A stretch of 64,000 bases of DNA from a virus. Shown one piece after another: positions 21,436 to 30,605 of this stretch. Each line of letters opens with the position of its first letter. Position 1 is the first letter of the stretch. The position numbers and the translations under genes were made by a program. The notes under the pieces are model-generated. The model saw only the letters and a list, made by a program, of their open reading frames with translations. It was not told the origin of the DNA and ran no database searches. The stretch spans positions 7,518-71,517 of IMG/VR virus record IMGVR_UViG_3300042301_003774; one strand, 5' to 3'.

Positions 21436-23244
21436 TTAGTCATTTAATATATCTTTCAATTTATTTTCTATTTCATAAATATTCTTTTGTGCCTTTTCCA
21501 TATTAAAAAGGTCCCCAATATTTTCCGTTTCACCTAAATAAGATTTAATCTTTCTAATCTTACTTTCACTTAACGGCTCACCATCAGATCCACCAGCCGA
21601 AGGTGGTGATGGTGGTGACGGTGATGACGGTGGCATTCCTCCACCTTCTGCGTCACCCTCAGCTCCCTGATCTTCAATTTTCTGTCTTTCGTCTTCTGGT
21701 ATACCATATTTACTATCAACTTCATCAAACACACCAGAACGCTTAATAATTGTCTGTGTATTCAATAACTCAAAGCCCATAGCTCTTTCAATTCGTTGTT
21801 GTTGTAAATCGAGTAATACTTCATTATCACTCATACCAAGAATGTTCTTCTTAGCCCAAGTATGTGAAACAGGAAGAATACCCACTTGAGATTGATCTGA
21901 AGTGGCATCTTTATAAAGTGTCACCTTTTCTTTCCATTGTTCAATCTTTAATAAATCTGATTGTGCTGATGGGTTTGTTAAACCTAGTGTAAAATTTTCT
22001 AATTCGTCTTCTAAACCTAATAGGTATAAATGAATTAAAGCTACTTTATTTAACTCTTGTATTAATGATTTTTGTATTCTATTAATTGTTCTAGCAAAAC
22101 GCATATCCATTAAAGCTAGATTCTTACCATCACCAACAACTTCTTCAAATCCTAAAAATGCTTTAGGAATACGCAATGCTGCTAATAATTTTTTCTGGAT
22201 GTATTCAATATCCGCGATCTCTCCTAAATTTTGCGCACCAGCTAAAGTTTCAATTGGACTAGGCGCTGCCGGATCTCTAACAGGTATGAAAAAGTCTTGA
22301 TCGACCGCCATTTGATTGTAACGCATATCAACGTTACCATTTCTTTGGTCAACCACAGTATCTCTTTTAAATTTGTTAGCAACACGTTGTACATATGGTT
22401 CAATATCTTTATCATCCATATTACCAACGAATATTTTAAATACACGTCTTTCTGGTGCTCTTGATGTTCTATAAATTAACATCGCATCTTCAGCAAGTAG
22501 AAGTTGTTTCCAAATTCTTCTAATCTTATCTAACATAGAAGTTCCATAAGGTAATTTTCTATCGTCACCCAATAATCTGAAGTGAGCAATTTCCCATGAT
22601 TGGAATTCCATGTCTTTATTTTTCCAACTAAAACGTAACTCACGGGTAGACATTTTAATGTCTGATTGGTTTGGGTTTCTATTTTGTGCTCCTTCCCATC
22701 TCTCCAATTCAATATTTGGTAATTGTTGACACCCAATAATACCTTGTTCAGGATCACTTTTTAAATAGACAAAATTATCACCATATTTACATAAATTTCT
22801 AGCCCACATTTGTAGGTTAGTATTTATGTCTAATTTGTTTTCAAAAAGATCGGTTAAGATATTTTTTACTCTATTTGATTCAGAATAAACTGTTAATATT
22901 TGTCCTTTTTCGGATAATGTTGTTGATTCTTCCGAATATATGTCCAATGCTGCCGAAATCTCTGGAGTAAACTCCATTGACTCATAGTCATAATAAGCTG
23001 ACAATCTAGTTGGTTCATAATAAACAGATTGGTTATATAATGAATTATCTAATTTAGCCCATTTATCAAAAAGATAATGGGATTGTTGTGCTTGTAACTT
23101 AGCTTTTTCAAATTCAACTGGATCGCCAGTTTTCAACAACTCATCTCTTGAAAATTTAAAAGATGGTTGTGTGTCAGCTGGTGAATTTTCAAACCCAAAA
23201 ACCTTAGTTAACTTCTGAAAAATTGTTAAATCTTTGTTTGCCAT
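21436..23244 (-). CDS. portal protein (T4 gp20-like)
   Basis: PEISAALDIY, LPYGTSML, QLLLAEDAMLIYRTSRAPERRVF, DFFIPVR, IETLAGAQNL. Confidence 0.93.
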   Translation of the reverse strand: MANKDLTIFQKLTKVFGFENSPADTQPSFKFSRDELLKTGDPVEFEKAKLQAQQSHYLFDKWAKLDNSLYNQSVYYEPTRLSAYYDYESMEFTPEISAALDIYSEESTTLSEKGQILTVYSESNRVKNILTDLFENKLDINTNLQMWARNLCKYGDNFVYLKSDPEQGIIGCQQLPNIELERWEGAQNRNPNQSDIKMSTRELRFSWKNKDMEFQSWEIAHFRLLGDDRKLPYGTSMLDKIRRIWKQLLLAEDAMLIYRTSRAPERRVFKIFVGNMDDKDIEPYVQRVANKFKRDTVVDQRNGNVDMRYNQMAVDQDFFIPVRDPAAPSPIETLAGAQNLGEIADIEYIQKKLLAALRIPKAFLGFEEVVGDGKNLALMDMRFARTINRIQKSLIQELNKVALIHLYLLGLEDELENFTLGLTNPSAQSDLLKIEQWKEKVTLYKDATSDQSQVGILPVSHTWAKKNILGMSDNEVLLDLQQQRIERAMGFELLNTQTIIKRSGVFDEVDSKYGIPEDERQKIEDQGAEGDAEGGGMPPSSPSPPSPPSAGGSDGEPLSESKIRKIKSYLGETENIGDLFNMEKAQKNIYEIENKLKDILND

Positions 23245-23292
23245 ATTGTATAAATAGTATTCTACTTAAACTAAGTAAATTTTATTACATTA

Positions 23293-25068
23293 TCAACCCT
23301 TTTTATTTGTACCAAATAACCAAGAATATTGGTTATACTGTGATTTACTCGGTGTACTCCCAAACATGTTATTTGATGACCCGTCAATTGACATAGATCC
23401 TATTTGGTCCAGAGTACCCCCATATGAGTAATGTGTTGTGTCGGCTTCATATGTCCTTTCTGACATAACCCAAGATTCCAACATCGCTTTATTCTGTTGT
23501 TCGTTTCTTTTTAATTGTGTGAAAGATATGTCACCAGCATACATTGCAATAGCAATCGCCATAATAGCGTCATCATGAGCACCTTTCATATGGTTTGGCT
23601 TACCATTTATATACACAAAAGTATTCAACTCATTTAATAATCTATTAGATCTAACAATAAAACTATGTCTAAGCTGTTCTTCAAAACAAGCAACAATTTG
23701 TGTTCTTTTATTGTTAAAATTTATTCCAGGAATCTTTTCTAATGCTTTTGAATTATACTCCCAAACGTTTTTAGTGTTAAACCCGTCAATAAATAAATCT
23801 TTATAATTCATTTCCTGTAGTTTTCTTGATGTTGCAACACCCATACCACCGGTAATATCAATAACAATAAATGCGTTATATAAAATACCCCATTTATAAG
23901 CTATTGATGCTAAGTCATCTGGTGGTATTTTACCAACATATTCAAGAACCTGTTCTCTGTCATCAAAATCTATAATACTAATAGAAGAAAAGTCATCACT
24001 ATCACCCCTACTAACATCCACTCCCATAATATATCTATGTCCCTCCTGTGGGTCTTTCCATTGCCAAAGAGTTCCCTGCATATATTTTTCTTTAGGGGTT
24101 TTAATCATAGTTTTCGCAATCCTTTCCATAGTTTCAGTTGGGATTACACTATCTCCAGATCCAAGAAAGTCGCATTCAAGTTCTTGCGCTATTTTTCTTT
24201 TATCATATTTAAATTTCTTAGACATGGACTCAAACCAAGTAGAATATGGTTGATATCCTTCGTTAAGAAGTTCTTCATAGTTTTCTAAATCAAAATCTTT
24301 TAGAATAACCTCGTCGTCATTATACTGTTCCCTATTGAGCATATAATGTACAATATCAGGGACCTTAATAAACACAAGGTCTTTTGTATAACGCGGGTCC
24401 TTAAACCATCTTAAATCTGTTATATGAAAATCATTGATACCTCTAATAGCTTGTTCGTAAACACCATAATATATTGGGTCAAAACCATTTGGTGTTGAGA
24501 TAAGTATAATCTTACCCCCGGTTGACAATGACGCCATAGACGCCGCCCAAAAGTCGTCTCCAGCCTCAATATACGCGGCCTCATCAAATACTAATATGGT
24601 TGGTGTATAACCACGTAGTGCATCCGCAGATGTTGCAACAGCTTTAACCTCACAACCATTATTTAATCGATATCTACTTTCAGAATTTTTATCTGCAGAA
24701 AACCCCACATTAATCCAGTCAGGCCATTGATCTAAAAACGTTCTAACTTTGTTAGCCATTTCAATTGCGGTATCTCGCTTGTTAGCGATGATCAAAACTC
24801 TCTCAGGATTTTCTGGTTTCGCTAATTGTAATTTTTTAGATAACCAAGCGGCTGTTACTGTTGTAACACCAGCCTGTCGATATTTTCTAGTAATATTTTC
24901 ATTATAAGATTCGTAATCTTTTAACAATTGTATTTGATCTGGAAATAACTCTAATGGTACGAATCTTTTTTGTGTGTTGTCAAACGTCTGAAGATATGTC
25001 TTAAGCGCATATGGAGTATCTTTTATGATACGTGCGTACTCTTTTAATTGTTCTATTTTTTGACTCAT
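23293..25068 (-). CDS. terminase large subunit (T4 gp17-like)
   Basis: KYRQAGVTT Walker A variant, LVFDEAAYI Walker B, ISTPNG, GVDVSRG nuclease, HDDAIMA; ATG at 25068 chosen because a TATTTATA motif lies just upstream. Confidence 0.92.
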   Translation of the reverse strand: MSQKIEQLKEYARIIKDTPYALKTYLQTFDNTQKRFVPLELFPDQIQLLKDYESYNENITRKYRQAGVTTVTAAWLSKKLQLAKPENPERVLIIANKRDTAIEMANKVRTFLDQWPDWINVGFSADKNSESRYRLNNGCEVKAVATSADALRGYTPTILVFDEAAYIEAGDDFWAASMASLSTGGKIILISTPNGFDPIYYGVYEQAIRGINDFHITDLRWFKDPRYTKDLVFIKVPDIVHYMLNREQYNDDEVILKDFDLENYEELLNEGYQPYSTWFESMSKKFKYDKRKIAQELECDFLGSGDSVIPTETMERIAKTMIKTPKEKYMQGTLWQWKDPQEGHRYIMGVDVSRGDSDDFSSISIIDFDDREQVLEYVGKIPPDDLASIAYKWGILYNAFIVIDITGGMGVATSRKLQEMNYKDLFIDGFNTKNVWEYNSKALEKIPGINFNNKRTQIVACFEEQLRHSFIVRSNRLLNELNTFVYINGKPNHMKGAHDDAIMAIAIAMYAGDISFTQLKRNEQQNKAMLESWVMSERTYEADTTHYSYGGTLDQIGSMSIDGSSNNMFGSTPSKSQYNQYSWLFGTNKKG

Positions 25069-25131
25069 ATATATAAATATTAAAAAAGTGGTCTTTGGGA
25101 CCACTTTTACTATTTTTTAAAAGATGAAAAA

Positions 25132-26430
25132 TTAGTTATCAGATAACCCTATTCCTAAACCACCCAAAAAGTCGTTAAACTCATCTGGATCTATTTCATC
25201 AGATTTTTTATTTAATTCTTCGTCAAATTCCTGCATTGCTACCTTATAATCATAATCATTAATTTCACTATTAATAATATCATATAACATCTTCATTAAT
25301 CTTTTACCAGATTGTGTATTCGATAAAACTTCTTTCATGAATACTAAAAATTGTTTAGCTGGTTTAGAAACAATTGTTTGGAAAAATATTAATTGCATTC
25401 CAGACTTATCTTCATCTGTAGTAACTTCTTCAGGAAACGAATCTCTTAAAATATCCCAAATAGCTGGGCCTAATCTTAGATCCCAAATTTCTTTTTGTAA
25501 AGTATCTTCTAATTCGATAACCTTGCTAGCCATTTCTTTATCTCTCGGTTGTCCATGTAATGCTGCGACAACTTCTAAAGTACCTTTCATTAGTTCATGA
25601 ACAAGTATTGGAAAAACAATTGCTGTGGCAACAACTCTAGGTGGGTTTTCGTTTGGAAAAACCGTTTCTTTACCACCAGCTTCTGGCGCACCGCCACCGC
25701 CACCCATTCCTAAATCTTGATTACCCATTTGCCATAACACTGCTTCTGCAGATGACATTAAGGTGCCATATAAACCAATAATATTTCTATCTCCAGTTAT
25801 TTCAATAAGTTTATCTGTGGCATAATGATACATGTAGTGACCTTTAGATGATGATCCCGCCATCATAGCGTTAATCAACCTTCTTTTAGCTCTTTCTAGA
25901 GTTAGATCTTCCAACTCATCATATAATTCTTTTTCAAGTTCAATTTCTTCTGGCTCCATATCTTCAGGTGGAGTTTCCTTAAATCCTTCAGAGTTTGGTT
26001 TTTGTAATGTTGCTTCATAAACAATATCACCCTCTTCAACACCCATCTCTTTCATAACTAATTCAATAGCTAGTTGTTCTAAGCGTCTTTTGTGTCTAGA
26101 TTCGATTTGCGCTACTCTACCATATGCCGAACCCATTGTATTCTTTAAAGTATCTATTGTCCCTTGATCTGGTGTCAATCTAGGTAGACCAGTGTAGTGT
26201 CTTATGTTGTTTACAATTTCTTGATAACGTTTTGACGCTAATAATTCCTCAAAGTTTGAGTTTGGGTTTTCAACATCTTTAGGTAAGTTAACTTTTTTAA
26301 ATGGAGTTTCCCTGGTTGATAAATCTCGTTCAATATCTGGACTTGGTCTATCTTCTGAATCATATTTTATAGGCATTTCATTAAGATTTTCTTGTAATCT
26401 CAATAATAGCTCTTTTTTAGTTATTTTCAT
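25132..26430 (-). CDS. hypothetical virion/internal protein
   Basis: 432-aa ORF with N-terminal LQENLNE motif. Confidence 0.55.
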   Translation of the reverse strand: MKITKKELLLRLQENLNEMPIKYDSEDRPSPDIERDLSTRETPFKKVNLPKDVENPNSNFEELLASKRYQEIVNNIRHYTGLPRLTPDQGTIDTLKNTMGSAYGRVAQIESRHKRRLEQLAIELVMKEMGVEEGDIVYEATLQKPNSEGFKETPPEDMEPEEIELEKELYDELEDLTLERAKRRLINAMMAGSSSKGHYMYHYATDKLIEITGDRNIIGLYGTLMSSAEAVLWQMGNQDLGMGGGGGAPEAGGKETVFPNENPPRVVATAIVFPILVHELMKGTLEVVAALHGQPRDKEMASKVIELEDTLQKEIWDLRLGPAIWDILRDSFPEEVTTDEDKSGMQLIFFQTIVSKPAKQFLVFMKEVLSNTQSGKRLMKMLYDIINSEINDYDYKVAMQEFDEELNKKSDEIDPDEFNDFLGGLGIGLSDN

Positions 26431-26437
26431 AGTCTAA

Positions 26438-27196
26438 TTATTCTGCAGCCATTGGCATTGACGCCGGATTATTAATTTTTCTCACCTTAGCTTTTGGCTT
26501 TGGTTGAACAGCTGGCTCTTCATTTGGGTTTCTGAACGGTCTTTTTCTAGGATTTTGATCCGGAGAAATTTTAGGTTCACTAGGTCTTGAAGGTATTGTA
26601 TCGGGGCTTTTTGGATCAGGTTTGGTCTGTGGCTCCGCAGCAGAAACAATATTGTCAAACGACATAAACTCTGGTAATCTACCTTGTAATTTTTCTGTAA
26701 TATTATTTTTTGGTGCACTTACTCTTTCTTTAATTAAAGAAACAATTTCCCCCTTTGTTGCTAATGAATGATATTTTTTGTCCACAACATTTTCAACAAA
26801 CTCGTTTAAATTTTTTACATTTACAGATGTGGATGCTTTATGTTTAACGGGTTTTTTATTTCCAACATAACAATAACCAGGTGTCTTAATTCCCATTTTT
26901 GCGCATGAATCAACTGGTTCCTTTGTATTTTTTTCACACATACCAGCAAATTTTACACCAATAGATGAACAGCTCACAAATTTAGGTTCTTCCGCTTCGG
27001 GAACAATTGTAACATCTTTGTCTTTTAATTTATCGGCCAAAGCTGGGTCTGATTTAATATCATCTGCCTTAACTTTTAATCCTTCACCCAATAATTTGGT
27101 TGAAAGTTTGTGTAATTGATTGTCATTAAATTTAACTAAGGTATTTACAGAAAATCCCTCAGCAACTAATTTTTCAATAATATCTATTCTTTTCAT
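26438..27196 (-). CDS. hypothetical protein, Pro-rich C-terminus
   Basis: 252-aa ORF. Confidence 0.55.
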   Translation of the reverse strand: MKRIDIIEKLVAEGFSVNTLVKFNDNQLHKLSTKLLGEGLKVKADDIKSDPALADKLKDKDVTIVPEAEEPKFVSCSSIGVKFAGMCEKNTKEPVDSCAKMGIKTPGYCYVGNKKPVKHKASTSVNVKNLNEFVENVVDKKYHSLATKGEIVSLIKERVSAPKNNITEKLQGRLPEFMSFDNIVSAAEPQTKPDPKSPDTIPSRPSEPKISPDQNPRKRPFRNPNEEPAVQPKPKAKVRKINNPASMPMAAE

Positions 27197-27594
27197 TTTA
27201 ATTTGAATTTAATTTCTTCGTTAATTAATCTAAGCCCTTTCTTCGCCAATTTTTCGGTCACACTATCTAGTTCTTCCCCAAAATGAAAAGAGACCCTCAC
27301 AGGTCTTTCTTCAGCATTTATGTCGAAAGCTTCCCAACCTAATGCAACAATACCGTCAACCGAATCTATAACACCAAAATAATCAGAATTTTGAACCAAT
27401 TCGAGTTTTAAATCTGAGTTTTTTAATAACGCAACTAAATCAATATCTTCAATTTCTGGTGGTATTGATCTACCTGCTGACGGTATTATAAACCATTCTT
27501 CAACTAATGCGTCAGGATTCTTACCAAAGATAAATTCATATTGTCTCTGAGCTTTATAATCCTGTCCTAATTCGTTGATATAAAGAAGGTACAT
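27193..27594 (-). CDS. hypothetical protein
   Basis: 133-aa ORF overlapping the next gene. Confidence 0.55.
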   Translation of the reverse strand: MYLLYINELGQDYKAQRQYEFIFGKNPDALVEEWFIIPSAGRSIPPEIEDIDLVALLKNSDLKLELVQNSDYFGVIDSVDGIVALGWEAFDINAEERPVRVSFHFGEELDSVTEKLAKKGLRLINEEIKFKLK

Positions 27595-28908
27595 TTATTC
27601 AAAATATTTACTTAGAGTATTGTTAATACTTTCATTTATATCATCTAATTCCGGTGTGATATCTGAATCATTATTTTTTCTTAACGTTTTTACTTTAAGA
27701 GGTGTGTAGTTACCAAAAAACTTTTTATCACGTAGATCTAAAGAAGTGTCACCGTGTTTTGCCATGAAATTATCATAATCATCAAAATCTTCTTCATCAT
27801 AATCATCTAGATTAAATTGATCTTCACTGTGTTGTTTTTCATTATCATCAAACCAAGCAGAATTAGTTTTCATACTTTTCATTAATCTAGATGGTCTTTC
27901 AACTTGTTTTGACGCGTGGAAATTAGATCTTAAAGATCCTTCATCTGACATATCGTTTGATGAATTTTCTTCATCTTTGTATTCGTCGTTGTAAAAGAAA
28001 TATTCTTCAATATCTTCATATTCGTCTAAATCTTTATATTCGCCCAAATCTTGTTCTTTAGGTTCTTCAAATTTTGAATTAATCAATTCTTCTAGCTTAG
28101 CAATTCTTTCAGCTAAATCATCTTCTGGTGCAGTTTCATCATCCGATGGTGCCTCAACATCTTCGTCTGGTGTAGGCTCCCCCATTTCTGGCTCAGCCAT
28201 AGATTCCTCATCTCTTTCAAATTTCTTAGCAATATCTTCAATATCATCTTCGTCTAATATATCTAAATCAACAGCAGAAATAATCATATTAAGAACATAC
28301 TTAATATCATCACTTTCCATTTTTGGTTGTTGATCTCTCAATTCTTGGCCTAACTTCCCAGCAAACTTTTGCACTTCAGCCATATAATCAGAACGTTTGC
28401 TAGCATCAGACTGACCAGCTGACACATCGTCTACAGAAGGTTCATTCATATCTGGCGCTGGTTCACTCATTTCTGGTGAATCGGAACCCATCTCTGGAGC
28501 TGGCGCTGGAAGTTCTTCCGGCATAGCTGGCATAGATAAAGGCTCTTCAGATTTTGGTTTATTTTGTTTTAACACATATTTTGTAACGTCTTCATTTAAT
28601 TCTTGAGAGTTAATCAACTCAAGTCTCTTTAAAGCTTCCGCATATGATGAAAATTTATTTTTATTTTTCATAAAAAGACCACCAATATAATCAAGACTGC
28701 TTTCATTCAAGCCTCTTTTTACATAGTATCCATCTTTCTCTCTAACAATACCATAAACACCGTTTACGGTTTCTTTAATCAATTCCGCGTGGACTGATCT
28801 AGTGTTTTCATTTATTGTATTTTGTTTGTAGTAGGTTAATTCAAGGATTCTTTTGATTTTATCATCACCTTGAAGTTTTTCGCTACCGATAGGTTTTAAA
28901 TCTCCCAT
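27595..28908 (-). CDS. acidic hypothetical protein (putative prohead core component)
   Basis: 437-aa ORF, multiple INE/LNE motifs, TATTTATA upstream. Confidence 0.55.
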   Translation of the reverse strand: MGDLKPIGSEKLQGDDKIKRILELTYYKQNTINENTRSVHAELIKETVNGVYGIVREKDGYYVKRGLNESSLDYIGGLFMKNKNKFSSYAEALKRLELINSQELNEDVTKYVLKQNKPKSEEPLSMPAMPEELPAPAPEMGSDSPEMSEPAPDMNEPSVDDVSAGQSDASKRSDYMAEVQKFAGKLGQELRDQQPKMESDDIKYVLNMIISAVDLDILDEDDIEDIAKKFERDEESMAEPEMGEPTPDEDVEAPSDDETAPEDDLAERIAKLEELINSKFEEPKEQDLGEYKDLDEYEDIEEYFFYNDEYKDEENSSNDMSDEGSLRSNFHASKQVERPSRLMKSMKTNSAWFDDNEKQHSEDQFNLDDYDEEDFDDYDNFMAKHGDTSLDLRDKKFFGNYTPLKVKTLRKNNDSDITPELDDINESINNTLSKYFE

Positions 28909-28981
28909 TGTTTTTTAATTAAAGATAAGCTTATTCTTATTGTATAAATACTACATAAAAGGAAAAAAATAGAGATATCGA

Positions 28982-29758
28982 TTATGATACAGATAATTTT
29001 TTGTCGATCATATTGTTTTTAAGATTCATTAATTTTTCGATATACCCATTTCTCCTAAGTAATTTGAATGTTAAGTTTTCATAAGAGTACTCACCGCCAC
29101 TATCCAAACCACTTTTTCTAAATTTTTTAAGTTTATCTCTTAAATCAGTTTCAGCAGCGGTTACGTCTTTATTATTTTTATAATCGTCTAGTAATGAATC
29201 AATTTGTTTTGCAAAATACTCCCCTTTATCTAGTATTTTCTGGGTATCAATACTTTCTGGGTTCTGTGAAGGTTCTGCTACCCACTCATTATTTAATATT
29301 GAATATACCCCAGATGAAACGTATTCATCATCAACATCTTGAACATATAGCTCAACATCAAAATTCTTTATTTTAACATCATGAAATTCGTTCCACACAC
29401 GTTTTTTAGCATCAAAAAACTCTTTAACTATTTTTGTCAAAGCCTCACTATCTCCTAACTCACTCATATCAACAATAATATGTAAATCAACATCAGAGTA
29501 CTCTGACCAATTATAGTTCGCTAATGAACCAATTAAAATGATATCATGAATAAAGAAATCTACCCCCCAAAAAGTAATGAAGTCATCTGATATCTCAATC
29601 AATTTATCTCTAATTTCTTTTTTGATTTCATAACTACCATTTTCATTTTTATCAAAAATTGATAGGCATAGAGTATCCTTCATCTTAAAAGACTTAATAA
29701 TTCTTTGATCGACCTCTGGGTCCGATAACTCTAAAAGCTCATCAATTAATCCCATCAT
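28982..29758 (-). CDS. nucleotidyltransferase (Pol-beta superfamily)
   Basis: IILIGSLANYNWSEYSDVDLHI = hG[GS]x9-13DhD motif, plus VELYVQD. Confidence 0.75.
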   Translation of the reverse strand: MMGLIDELLELSDPEVDQRIIKSFKMKDTLCLSIFDKNENGSYEIKKEIRDKLIEISDDFITFWGVDFFIHDIILIGSLANYNWSEYSDVDLHIIVDMSELGDSEALTKIVKEFFDAKKRVWNEFHDVKIKNFDVELYVQDVDDEYVSSGVYSILNNEWVAEPSQNPESIDTQKILDKGEYFAKQIDSLLDDYKNNKDVTAAETDLRDKLKKFRKSGLDSGGEYSYENLTFKLLRRNGYIEKLMNLKNNMIDKKLSVS

Positions 29759-30003
29759 TATGATATTTTTTGATATTGGTAGTTTTTCTTTATTGTTGAA
29801 TTTAAATAAGCTCCTTGTGAATCACTAAGTCTAAACTTTGTAAATATTTCCCACGGAACCTTTTCATATCCATAAATAGTCCCATTATTAAATGTGACAG
29901 TTAGCAACTCTGATTCGGTATCGTATAAAGCCGATTTTATATTACTAGATTTAATGTCGACGGATATTTTTTTACCTTCAATCCTTTCCGATGTTATAGC
30001 CAT
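29758..30003 (-). CDS. KTSC domain protein
   Basis: SSNIKSALYD....LTVTFNNG.IYGYEKVP...F....S.G.YLN..IK matches KTSC. Confidence 0.85.
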   Translation of the reverse strand: MAITSERIEGKKISVDIKSSNIKSALYDTESELLTVTFNNGTIYGYEKVPWEIFTKFRLSDSQGAYLNSTIKKNYQYQKIS

Positions 30004-30069
30004 ATTTTTTTTTATATAATATAAATAATTCGTATTAAAAAATAAAGCCCCAATTAAGGGGCTTTAATA

Positions 30070-30438
30070 CTAATTTAAACTAATAAATCTTTCGACGGGT
30101 TTCTTTTTACCTATTGGTAAGGTTATTTCCAATAAACCATTTTCCACTTTACCAACAATCTCTTTTTCATTCACATTGTCTGGAATGGTATATGATTTAT
30201 TGAATTTAGTAACAAAATGGTTGGTATCAGTTTTAGTTTCATTGTCATAAGATATTTTTAAAATACCTTCTTTTAATGTGATTTTTAAATCATCTTTTGT
30301 TAATCCTGGCACCGATACAAAAACCTTGTATCCATCTTCAGTTTTATTAATTTTTGTTTTGGGCTCAAATATATTATGACTTGAGCTAGATAGTTCATCA
30401 AGAACATCGAAAAATGGGTCTTTAAATAATCTAATCAT
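30070..30438 (-). CDS. small heat shock protein Hsp20
   Basis: VPGLTKDDLKI...GILKIS...FNKSYTIP...ENGLLEITLP alpha-crystallin domain. Confidence 0.9.
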   Translation of the reverse strand: MIRLFKDPFFDVLDELSSSSHNIFEPKTKINKTEDGYKVFVSVPGLTKDDLKITLKEGILKISYDNETKTDTNHFVTKFNKSYTIPDNVNEKEIVGKVENGLLEITLPIGKKKPVERFISLN

Positions 30439-30492
30439 AATTTTATGTTTTTATTTTTTATTATTAATCAATATTATACAAATCATTTACCA

Positions 30493-30549
30493 AATGTCTA
30501 AAAATGACATTTAGACATTCGTTAGACATTTTTTTAGACATTTTGACAC
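30493..30549. promoter_or_regulatory. repeated operator-like motif between divergent hsp20 and clpC
   Basis: TTAGACATT x3 (30511, 30522, 30534), an inverted copy AATGTCTAA (30493) and TGACA half-sites. Confidence 0.55.
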
Positions 30550-30605
30550 ATTCTTAATTTGTTTTTATCGAAAATATTATTTATGTTTGTAAAAAAAACA
30601 AAGAT

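Noticed and set aside
23293-25068. Intein or intron in terminase, portal or capsid genes
   Set aside because: Lengths are normal and no intein splice motifs or frame breaks are visible
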